From the IMG/VR virus record IMGVR_UViG_3300030376_008154, positions 1-53,257 of that record: a stretch of 53,257 nt of DNA. The stretch is one strand, 5' to 3'. Positions within the stretch are counted from its first letter, which is position 1. Each line of letters opens with the position of its first letter. The notes beneath the pieces are model-generated. The model ran no database searches and was not told the origin of the DNA. It saw only the letters and a list, made by a program, of their open reading frames with translations. This stretch comes from a virus. Its lineage: Duplodnaviria > Caudoviricetes. This document shows, piece by piece, positions 17,566-25,382 of the stretch. Position numbers and translations under genes: made by a program.

Positions 17566-17967
17566 ATGGCAAGTATATTATTACCACCTTGTATAACAGC
17601 AAAGTCTTTGGTTACTGCATCTATACCAATAGCAACAAGTTCAATAGCATTAGCTGCAGGTTACGCTGGTGGTATTGCAGTGGTTGTAACTAACTTGGCA
17701 ACCGCAACTGCAACGTTGAATGGTGTGATTACCACACTTACTCCAGCAGCTGCTGTAGCCCCACCTGCTCGTATTGGTTTAAATACTGTCGGTGCAGCAA
17801 TTACTCAAATTGTAACAATTAATGCTTCAATAACAGCTGCAAGTTCCGCAGCTGCGGTTCCGGCAACATTAGTTTCAGCTTTTCCAGCGGCTGCCGCATT
17901 AGTCGTCACTCAACTTGTAGCTTTAGATATCTACATTGGAACAATTCTTATAACACCACAATTATAA
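17566..17967 (+). CDS. Extremely hydrophobic Ala/Thr/Ile/Val-rich protein
   Basis: 133 aa with only three charged residues; AGGA RBS; fills the gap between tmRNA and promoter copy 5. Confidence 0.7.
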   Translation: MASILLPPCITAKSLVTASIPIATSSIALAAGYAGGIAVVVTNLATATATLNGVITTLTPAAAVAPPARIGLNTVGAAITQIVTINASITAASSAAAVPATLVSAFPAAAALVVTQLVALDIYIGTILITPQL

Positions 17968-17985
17968 AAAAAAACAAAAAAAGAC

Positions 17986-18015
17986 TTGACTTATATGCAA
18001 TTTTATTCGTAGCTT
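17986..18015 (+). promoter_or_regulatory. Class-I promoter, copy 5
   Basis: TTGACT-tatatgcaattttattcg-TAGCTT. Confidence 0.8.
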
Positions 18016-18038
18016 AAGGGGTAACGAAAGAGGAATAA

Positions 18039-18548
18039 ATGAACAAAAAAACAGTAATATTTGATTTAGATGGTACTCTTGCTGATATCGATATCAGAAG
18101 GGATAAGTCTCTCAAACCTAATGGTAGGTTGGATTGGGATATTTTTGCTTCTCCTGATTCTATTATGAATTGGGATAAACCAAATGCACCAGTAATCAAA
18201 ATGGCTCAGATGTTTCATAACGATGGATTTAAAATTGTTATCTTTAGTGGTAGGAACGATAGAGGTTTTGTTGCTACTAAACATTGGTTAACGGTTAATA
18301 GTGTGCCACATGACCTTTTAGTATTAAGACCTGATAAGTTCAAAGCTAACTCATGGCCAATTGCTGAAGGAAACAAAGCAACACCTGATATGAGATTTAT
18401 GCCTGATGAAATTTTGAAGAAGGCTATGTTAGATACTTTTGTAGATATCAATGATGTTTTTTTGGTTGTAGATGATAGAGATAAGGTTGTGAAAATGTGG
18501 AGAGATTTAGGTTTAAATACTTTCCAAGTAGCACCAGGAGATTTCTAA
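18039..18548 (+). CDS. HAD-family phosphatase (polynucleotide kinase/3'-phosphatase C-domain type)
   Basis: FDLDGTL, FSGR, VDDR..VV.MWR..G...FQVAPGDF. Confidence 0.88.
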   Translation: MNKKTVIFDLDGTLADIDIRRDKSLKPNGRLDWDIFASPDSIMNWDKPNAPVIKMAQMFHNDGFKIVIFSGRNDRGFVATKHWLTVNSVPHDLLVLRPDKFKANSWPIAEGNKATPDMRFMPDEILKKAMLDTFVDINDVFLVVDDRDKVVKMWRDLGLNTFQVAPGDF

Positions 18549-18652
18549 GAGTGTACTTCAATGACTCTCGAGCGTCGAACGCTAGTAGTGCGTTCTCCAC
18601 ATTGGTTAATAATTGCCGTCCTAGGAATGTGGGCTAAGTTGGAGACACTCTT
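18547..18652 (+). ncRNA. Candidate multi-stem ncRNA immediately 5' of tRNA-Ala, family unassigned
   Basis: Closing helix AAGAGTGT/ACACTCTT plus CTTCAAT/GTTGGAG; internal stems AGCGT/ACGCT and CCACATT/AATGTGG. Confidence 0.55.
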
Positions 18653-18659
18653 TAATTAT

Positions 18660-18732
18660 GGGGCTGTAGCTCAGTTGGGAGAGCGCTTCACTTGCACTGA
18701 AGAGGTCGCAGGTTCGATTCCTGTCAGCTCCA
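18660..18732 (+). tRNA. tRNA-Ala(UGC)
   Basis: Cloverleaf with GGGGCTG/CAGCTCC acceptor (G3-U70), anticodon arm CTTCA-CTTGCAC-TGAAG and TTCGATT T-loop; CCA not encoded. Confidence 0.95.
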
Positions 18733-18739
18733 CTTAAAT

Positions 18740-18810
18740 GTGGTGGTAGTCAAATGGTTAGGCAACGGATTGCAAACCCGTGTATGTGAGTTCGATTCTC
18801 ACCCACCACT
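18740..18810 (+). tRNA. tRNA-Cys(GCA)
   Basis: GTGGTGG/CCACCAC acceptor, U73, anticodon loop TTGCAAA and T-arm GTGAG-TTCGATT-CTCAC. Confidence 0.9.
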
Positions 18811-18835
18811 CAAAAACTTTTAATGAGGTTATAAA

Positions 18836-19039
18836 ATGAAAATTAAAGTAGAAAAGAAACTATTAAACGGTGAAATAATAAAAACAGAAGAACTGTTTTT
18901 TAATATACCAAAGGCAATTTCTGATGAACTGAACTGGGAAGATGGTACACTAGTTGAATGGGAAGTTGTAGGTTTTATGGAAAATGATAAAGAGGCTAGA
19001 ATAGTTCTTAAAAATATAGATGATAAAATCTTAGATTAG
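18836..19039 (+). CDS. AbrB/MazE/SpoVT-like DNA-binding protein
   Basis: FFNIPKAISDELNWEDGTLVEW pattern; GAGG RBS. Confidence 0.7.
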   Translation: MKIKVEKKLLNGEIIKTEELFFNIPKAISDELNWEDGTLVEWEVVGFMENDKEARIVLKNIDDKILD

Positions 19040-19042
19040 GTA

Positions 19043-19083
19043 AAAATAAATTTGTATTTGAGAAAATATATAGATATATATTA
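19043..19083 (+). promoter_or_regulatory. Class-II promoter-like element, copy 1
   Basis: AAAATAAATTTGTATTTGAGA-N10-ATATATATTA, repeated at 41500. Confidence 0.65.
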
Positions 19084-19091
19084 TTGTACAT

Positions 19092-19163
19092 GCGGTGGAA
19101 GTCTTAAAGGTAAGACATTTCGATTCCATCGAAAAGGTGTAGGTTCGATTCCTACCCACCGCT
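19092..19163 (+). tRNA. tRNA-Gly(UCC), atypical
   Basis: GCGGTGG/CCACCGC acceptor with U73 (Gly identity), anticodon arm TTTCG-ATTCCAT-CGAAA and T-arm GTAGG-TTCGATT-CCTAC. Confidence 0.85.
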
Positions 19164-19213
19164 CAAAACTTTTGGCCAGTAAGGCTACTTAACAATTGAT
19201 AATTAACTAAAAT

Positions 19214-20371
19214 ATGTTTGATAAATTTTTTGATGAACCAAAATTCGACTTTGACGCTGAGCGTACAAAGTTCATATCTAACTTAGACTTACTAAAGTCT
19301 ATGTCTGTACAAGAACAAACCTTATATAAGAAGTGGCAAGAATTCAATAAGAATGAATATAATATGAGGAATAAAGTTACGAACTTTCCTAAATATTATA
19401 ACAGACTTTGGAAACCCACCGATATCACAGATAAGGAATTAACTATAAAAGAAATTGAATCTATAGAACCAGAGGTTGTATTTGTTCCATCTGATGATGC
19501 TAGTAATTGGACTATGTATCGTAAGTTAATTCACACTATGGATTGGAATGCTAATCCTGGTCGTAATCAAAAGTATTTTATAAGAGATAAGGTTACAGAT
19601 AGAATATTAGGCTTGGTATCATTAGGTTCTGATGTTACATCAATCAAAGTTCGTGATGACTATATTGGTTGGAGTAAGGATAATAAATTTGTCGACCATA
19701 AACTAAACAATACTGCTATCGCTTCTACAATAGTTTGTACTCAACCTATTGGTTTTAATTTCTTAGGTGGTAAACTAATTGCAGCATTAACAACATCATC
19801 TACCATTCGTGATAAATGGTATGAACAATATAATGATATTCTAATTGGTGTAACCACCACATCGCTTTATGGTGTACACTCACAGTATAATGGTATACCA
19901 CATTGGAAAACACTTGGTGAATCTGCTGGTAAGATTGCAATCAAACCAGATGATGATGTTTACTTTGTATGGGCCAATTGGTTAAAAGAAAATTATAGGG
20001 AAGAGTTTGATAAGGCACAAAGTCAAACAGGCCCTAAACAAAATACTATCAATCGTATCTTCAAACACTTAGGTATAAAAGGTAAGGATTATGAACATGG
20101 ATTTCATAGAGGTGTATTCTTTGCCAATATGTATGATAATGGTTTGGAATATCTGAGGGATGAGATTGAAGATAAAGATTTAAGAATGAAACCAAAATTT
20201 GAAAATGATATAGATTACATAATGAATTGGTGGAAACCAAAAGCCATCAGGCGTTATGTTAAACTATATGATAATGATAAACTTAAGCCTGAAGTGCTTT
20301 TCTATGGAGATATCGTAGGAAAGACTTGGGAAGAAACAAAGGAACAATATATAGGAGAAGTAGGTAGATGA
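19214..20371 (+). CDS. DUF4338-family protein (domain shared with Druantia DruA)
   Basis: NPGR, LG.VSLGSD, VRDDYIGW, QPIGFNFLGGKL.A, TTTSLYG..SQY and W..LGES.G motifs. Confidence 0.75.
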   Translation: MFDKFFDEPKFDFDAERTKFISNLDLLKSMSVQEQTLYKKWQEFNKNEYNMRNKVTNFPKYYNRLWKPTDITDKELTIKEIESIEPEVVFVPSDDASNWTMYRKLIHTMDWNANPGRNQKYFIRDKVTDRILGLVSLGSDVTSIKVRDDYIGWSKDNKFVDHKLNNTAIASTIVCTQPIGFNFLGGKLIAALTTSSTIRDKWYEQYNDILIGVTTTSLYGVHSQYNGIPHWKTLGESAGKIAIKPDDDVYFVWANWLKENYREEFDKAQSQTGPKQNTINRIFKHLGIKGKDYEHGFHRGVFFANMYDNGLEYLRDEIEDKDLRMKPKFENDIDYIMNWWKPKAIRRYVKLYDNDKLKPEVLFYGDIVGKTWEETKEQYIGEVGR

Positions 20372-21765
20372 TTACTTATTTAAAACAAAAAAAGAAGTAC
20401 GATATTGAAATAGAAGAATATAATGAAAAGAAAATCGGAATTGATTTGAGTTTTCAGTCCAAAGCAAGATGGACAATGTCAGAGAAAGAAGAACTATTCA
20501 TATCTGCTATGCATGGTGATATTCTGTCTTATCATGTAATTGTCAATCTTTTATCTGCAAGAACTAATGCAGATAAAACAAGCTCAAAAAAGTTATATGA
20601 TAGACATATGAAAAAAGGTTTAGACTATTTAAACGTTGACAGTAATAATAGAACTATTACATATGATGACATCATTAATGATTTAGTCAAGTTACGACCA
20701 GGTAAATATCTTGATATTAATGAACAAGCAGTAGAGATAGAAAATCCTACAGTACTATCTGAACTACCAAAGTCATTACAAAAAGTTTTTTACAGATGCA
20801 AAATTAGTGTCATAGAGTATACTAAAATAGAAAGAAGTCAATGTAAAAGATTATTCAGAAGTCTAAACAAAGGTATGAATCTCAATAATCAAGAATTGAG
20901 AAATGCAGAGGCAACAGATATTGCAAAGTCGGTAAGAGATTATGCAAGTGATAATGAAGATGTATTTGGCTATTGGATAACGGAAGGAAAAATAAACCGT
21001 AGGAAAAACGATGAGATAGTTGCTCAATGTGTTGCTCTTCGATATGCGATGTCCGAAAAGAAAAAGTATAGTGTGACAAATCCAACATTAGATTCAATGT
21101 ATGATGAAGATGATAATGATGGTAGAGTAATTGCAGGATTTTGGTCGGATACAAAACCTCTGTTAGATAAAGCTATATCACTTATAAATTCACAAAAAGA
21201 TATGATGGAAGATGTTCCAAATAATACTGTTTCGTGGTTTATAGATTTGTTTATGTTACTTTGTCACTTTAATGATGAAAATATTGCAATAAACGACAAT
21301 GGTAAAGTTTTTGAATGGTTTTGGGATAATAATCAATTAAGAACTGGTAGTAGAAAAGTTTTACAGGAAAGACCCACAAAAAATGGTGGAGTATCAAAAG
21401 AAACTTTTGCTACACTTAGTGGTTCTCAGAAAGATTGGGTTTTACCAATCAGACATGATAGTATATTATCAGATTTTTACAATGACTCAAAGTTGTTAGA
21501 AGATGGTATTGTGACACAGGTACCAAGTGACGATTACTACAGTTGGCAGGATAAATTAGAATTATGGGAACTTCAAAATGGTATTGCACATGATCCAATT
21601 ACAGAAAAACCAACTGGTGAAAAGATTCCTCTAAGAGAACTTTATAATTCTAAAAAATGGCAAGCAGATGCAAAAACACCAAGAAGATTTGGTGGTAGAC
21701 ACACCATAGATAATGGACAAATTACATCAGCACACGATAATCAATCAGCAGGAGCCAAAAAATAA
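20368..21765 (+). CDS. DUF262 (ParB-like, GmrSD-type) protein with degenerate C-terminal HNH-like domain
   Basis: FQS..RW, VDSNNR and LF.SLN.G..LN.QE.RNA motifs; C-terminal ADAKTP...GG.HT..N.Q.....N. Confidence 0.7.
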   Translation: MITYLKQKKKYDIEIEEYNEKKIGIDLSFQSKARWTMSEKEELFISAMHGDILSYHVIVNLLSARTNADKTSSKKLYDRHMKKGLDYLNVDSNNRTITYDDIINDLVKLRPGKYLDINEQAVEIENPTVLSELPKSLQKVFYRCKISVIEYTKIERSQCKRLFRSLNKGMNLNNQELRNAEATDIAKSVRDYASDNEDVFGYWITEGKINRRKNDEIVAQCVALRYAMSEKKKYSVTNPTLDSMYDEDDNDGRVIAGFWSDTKPLLDKAISLINSQKDMMEDVPNNTVSWFIDLFMLLCHFNDENIAINDNGKVFEWFWDNNQLRTGSRKVLQERPTKNGGVSKETFATLSGSQKDWVLPIRHDSILSDFYNDSKLLEDGIVTQVPSDDYYSWQDKLELWELQNGIAHDPITEKPTGEKIPLRELYNSKKWQADAKTPRRFGGRHTIDNGQITSAHDNQSAGAKK

Positions 21766-21766
21766 G

Positions 21767-23107
21767 ATGTCAATATATCAATTTACAGATTCCAAAGATA
21801 GTAGTAAAGAATACAAATACAAAGTACTTGTATATCCAAACATTACCTTTCAAAAAGATTTGGAGAAAGATTCTTATGTTGTTGTCTTAGGCAACATAAT
21901 AAAAGAGATAAGTAAAGTACGTGATGATATTCATTGGACTATATTTTCACCAAAACATATTGATAGTTTACAGTTTGAAAATACACACCAATTGATATTA
22001 CCATTGCCATCATATCCAAATGCGATGAGATTACATTTCGACCAAAAAAGAATAATCAAAGGTATTGATTTTAGACATAATGATTTTGATATTGTTTATT
22101 CTCATTTACCAGAACATACTCTACAATTAAAAAATGTTTTCCTAAATGAAACAAACATCGAACCGGCCTTTGTAGGTTATACACATTGGACAGAATTTCC
22201 TGAAATTACGAATTACAAAGAAACTGTAATGGATATTAATTTTCTTGGTTTACTGGCTATGGAAAAGTGTGGTATCAATACGCAAGGACAAAAGAACTTA
22301 GTATTAAAAAATGCCAAAACACATTTCAATGATGATGTTGTTAATAGATTAGATGAAATATTAGAACCGCAGTATCTTGGTTGGGAAATTCCTAAGTATG
22401 AGAAACAAACTACAGACAAAAAAATTATTGTATTTAATCACAGGCCACATGCTTATAAAAACTATCCTTGGTTTTTGAAACAGATGGATAGACTATGGAG
22501 AATTAGGAAGGATTTTGAAGTATGGGTGCCATTGGCAGAAAGTAAAGATAGAGAATATATAAACATTGACAAATATGATAGAGTTGGATATTTTTCTAAA
22601 CTATCATCGTGTCGTGTTGGTGTATGTGCAAAACAAAAATATAGTGGTTGGGCCGTATCTGCTACAGATGGTATGTCAGTTGGTGTTCCATATGTATTTT
22701 CAGATGACGATTACTATCATGAACTTGCAGGTGATGATGGTGTTTATTACTATGACGTTGATGATGCATTAATAGATACAATAGAACCATTTTTAGATGA
22801 TGACTTATTAAGAGAAAGATATTCTGAAAAAGCTCTTAATAGATTTGAGAAAGGTAAATGGGGAACTGCAATACATCAATTCAACAATATGTTTGATGGA
22901 GCAATAGACAATCTACCAATGTTAAAGAATGATACCGATACATATAAAAAAGTATTGGATTTCATACATAAGAAAAAATCAGTTACTAAAGCAGACATAC
23001 TCAATATGTTAAATTGGGGAGTTAGGATATCCTTTAGTGGTTATAGAAATAGATTAAGAAACGAACCTACCATAAGGTTCACAAAAGATAGATATGAGGT
23101 TAGATAA
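21767..23107 (+). CDS. GT-B glycosyltransferase with C-terminal winged-helix-like extension (track start 21713)
   Basis: DIVYSHLPE, IVFNHR...YK, W..SATDGMSVGVP nucleotide-sugar-binding region; basic helical tail. Confidence 0.8.
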   Translation: MSIYQFTDSKDSSKEYKYKVLVYPNITFQKDLEKDSYVVVLGNIIKEISKVRDDIHWTIFSPKHIDSLQFENTHQLILPLPSYPNAMRLHFDQKRIIKGIDFRHNDFDIVYSHLPEHTLQLKNVFLNETNIEPAFVGYTHWTEFPEITNYKETVMDINFLGLLAMEKCGINTQGQKNLVLKNAKTHFNDDVVNRLDEILEPQYLGWEIPKYEKQTTDKKIIVFNHRPHAYKNYPWFLKQMDRLWRIRKDFEVWVPLAESKDREYINIDKYDRVGYFSKLSSCRVGVCAKQKYSGWAVSATDGMSVGVPYVFSDDDYYHELAGDDGVYYYDVDDALIDTIEPFLDDDLLRERYSEKALNRFEKGKWGTAIHQFNNMFDGAIDNLPMLKNDTDTYKKVLDFIHKKKSVTKADILNMLNWGVRISFSGYRNRLRNEPTIRFTKDRYEVR

Positions 23108-23887
23108 ATGAAACAATTATCAGAAAAACAAATACTAGACAATTGGAATAAGTTAATGCAACTTATAGAGGATACCTTTTCAGATGAAAGAAAAGAGAAA
23201 CTCTTAGAGATGTATAAATACTTTGAAGATAGAATGTCGGTTGCACCAGCTAGTGGTAAAGCAGCATACCACAATGCTATGGTAGGTGGTTATGTGGAGC
23301 ATGTATTGCATGTAACCGATTGTGCAATTCAAATTAAAAAGCTGTGGGAGTCTAATGGAGCTATGATTAACTTCACCGATGAAGAACTAATCTTCGCTGC
23401 TATGCATCATGATTTGGGTAAGGTAGGTGATTTGAATCAAGACTATTATATCCCACAAGACTCTGAATGGCATCGTAAGAATAGAGGTGAGATATTTAAA
23501 CATAATCCAAATCTCCAATACATGACAGTTACCGATAGAGCGATTTTTATCTTAAATCATTTCGGTATCCAAATGTCCGAGTGGGAATACATCGGATTAA
23601 AACTAACTGATGGTTTATATGAGGATGGAAACAAGTCGTATTATATATCTTATAATCCAGATTGGTCATTAAAATCTAACATTGCATACATCTTACATCA
23701 AGCAGATATGATGGCAACACATATTGAGTATGATGAATGGCAAAATTTAGATGAAGAGTCAAATACTAAACTACAGACTAATTTTAAGAAGGCAGTTGAT
23801 AACCGTAAGACAGAAGAAGTTCAATCACCTAAGTTAACTGCAAAATCACAAGATCTTTTTGACGAACTATTTGGAGATAAAGAATGA
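23108..23887 (+). CDS. HD-domain phosphohydrolase
   Basis: APAS...YH....GG..EH, HHDLGK and LHQAD motifs. Confidence 0.88.
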   Translation: MKQLSEKQILDNWNKLMQLIEDTFSDERKEKLLEMYKYFEDRMSVAPASGKAAYHNAMVGGYVEHVLHVTDCAIQIKKLWESNGAMINFTDEELIFAAMHHDLGKVGDLNQDYYIPQDSEWHRKNRGEIFKHNPNLQYMTVTDRAIFILNHFGIQMSEWEYIGLKLTDGLYEDGNKSYYISYNPDWSLKSNIAYILHQADMMATHIEYDEWQNLDEESNTKLQTNFKKAVDNRKTEEVQSPKLTAKSQDLFDELFGDKE

Positions 23888-24150
23888 TTTTAGAAATAAG
23901 TCTTGTATTATTGGCAATTTTGTGTGTAGCTTCTTGGTATGGATTGTGGAATACTATGAAAAAGATGGAAATTATGGAAGATTGGATTTCAAATTTTATG
24001 AATAGTGCAATTGACGTAAATAATAAAGTTAAAGAAATAGATTACAAAGGATATTTTGCCGAAGATGACGAAACAGGTGTAATATTCAATCAATTAAAAG
24101 AAACAATAAATCAACTAGACAAACTTCGAGGAGAAGAGATAAATGGGTAG
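23884..24150 (+). CDS. Small membrane-anchored protein
   Basis: N-terminal TM; FAEDDETG.IF motif; ATGA coupling with the upstream gene. Confidence 0.65.
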   Translation: MILEISLVLLAILCVASWYGLWNTMKKMEIMEDWISNFMNSAIDVNNKVKEIDYKGYFAEDDETGVIFNQLKETINQLDKLRGEEING

Positions 24151-24871
24151 AAAAGCAAAAAAAGGTTCATCAAGATATTATTTTACAGAAAGAACTCAAG
24201 CTGCAATCATTCGATATAATAATACGGATGATGTTAGGTTAAAAAATAAAATATATAATGACCACATACGTTCAGCGTTTGATAAACTCTGTGAAAACAT
24301 AATTCATACTTTTAAATTCTATTACTTCGATACATCTTCTGAAGAAGTCAAACACGAGGTTGTTTCATTTTTAGTTATGAATATGCACAAGTTTAAAGAA
24401 GGTAAGGGTAAAGCTTTCTCATACTTTAGTATTGTGGCAAAAAACTATCTGATTCTTAATAACAATAAGAATTACAAGATGGGAAAGATACATTCTCAGA
24501 TGGATGTTTTGGATTATAAAAGAAATACTGCTGCTGAAACTGCTCAGAAAGAAGCACAGTATAATACAGGTATATTTGTTGAAGAGTTAGGTAGGTTTTG
24601 GGACCTCAATCTAACTAATATCTTTCATCGTCAGAAAGACATAAAAGTTGCTGATGCAGTATTACATATGTTTAGGATGAAGGAAAATATTGAAAACTTC
24701 AACAAAAAAGCTCTCTATATTCTGATTAGAGAGATGACAGGCTCAAATACTCAACATATCACTCGCATAGTAAATGTGATGAAAAAGTATAATGATAGGT
24801 TGAAACACGAGTTTTATAAATACGGGATGGTTGATGTGAGTCACACAGGCTCACTAATAAAAACGGACTGA
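24143..24871 (+). CDS. Phage RNA polymerase sigma-factor-like protein (T4 gp55-like)
   Basis: N-terminal YYF and region-2-like HKFKEGKGKAFSYFSIVAKNYLI; last gene before the terminator that precedes the structural block. Confidence 0.65.
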   Translation: MGRKAKKGSSRYYFTERTQAAIIRYNNTDDVRLKNKIYNDHIRSAFDKLCENIIHTFKFYYFDTSSEEVKHEVVSFLVMNMHKFKEGKGKAFSYFSIVAKNYLILNNNKNYKMGKIHSQMDVLDYKRNTAAETAQKEAQYNTGIFVEELGRFWDLNLTNIFHRQKDIKVADAVLHMFRMKENIENFNKKALYILIREMTGSNTQHITRIVNVMKKYNDRLKHEFYKYGMVDVSHTGSLIKTD

Positions 24872-24876
24872 TAACT

Positions 24877-24903
24877 GAGGGGAGTAAAATCCCCTCTTTT
24901 TTT
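24877..24903 (+). terminator. Rho-independent terminator
   Basis: GAGGGGA-GTAAAA-TCCCCTC followed by T7. Confidence 0.9.
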
Positions 24904-24952
24904 ACACACCTTTTCCGATTAGCTATATATTTATTAAAAACAAAGTTATAAA

Positions 24953-24961
24953 ATATTTATA
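24953..24961 (+). promoter_or_regulatory. ATATTTATA late-promoter-like motif (also at 9694, 11890, 12040, 17084, 27227, 38303, 46491)
   Basis: Recurs shortly upstream of structural, lysis and RNA gene starts. Confidence 0.6.
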
Positions 24962-24992
24962 TATAGGCATATTTTTATAATCGGAGTTCAAA

Positions 24993-25382
24993 ATGAGCAT
25001 AAAATACGAAATCTTTGACGGCAAGACTTTATCGGATGTCTTCAAAGATATTTACAGTAATACGGAAAAAAATAAAGAACAACTTGAAGTATTGATGAAA
25101 GAAGTTGTTGGTTTTATAAAAGATGGTGATACTGCAGTTCAAATCATTCCAATGTTAAAAGAATATTTAGAAATAAATGTTAAAAACGACGATCAGCTTG
25201 TTAAAATGGCAGGTATTGTTCAGCGTATGATTGCATCGGAAAACAAAGGTGGGGCAGAGGATGAGTTTGGTTTAACCGAAGCGGAAAAGGAACAACTAAT
25301 GTCAGCGGTAAATGATGTTGCTGATGATGTACAAAAATATTCCGATGAAATAGAGAATAAAACAAATTATGAGCAAACCTAA
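24993..25382 (+). CDS. Hypothetical helical protein
   Basis: GGAG RBS; first gene after the late motif. Confidence 0.7.
   Translation: MSIKYEIFDGKTLSDVFKDIYSNTEKNKEQLEVLMKEVVGFIKDGDTAVQIIPMLKEYLEINVKNDDQLVKMAGIVQRMIASENKGGAEDEFGLTEAEKEQLMSAVNDVADDVQKYSDEIENKTNYEQT

Noticed and set aside
18547-18652. Reading the structured element as tRNA-Sec (it contains CTTCAAT)
   Set aside because: The TCA lies 10 nt from the 5' end inside the closing helix; there is no T-loop or cloverleaf order.
19092-19163. tRNA-Trp(CCA) assignment
   Set aside because: The symmetric 7-nt loop ATTCCAT centres on TCC, and the acceptor stem and U73 are Gly determinants.
17130-19163. Prophage attachment site or integrase at the tmRNA/tRNA genes
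   Set aside because: No integrase and no separate duplicated 3' fragment; the RNA genes are flanked by phage-type genes and promoters on both sides.
19214-20371. Complete Druantia defence system
   Set aside because: Only a DUF4338-type gene is present; no large DruE helicase or other partners occur in the window.
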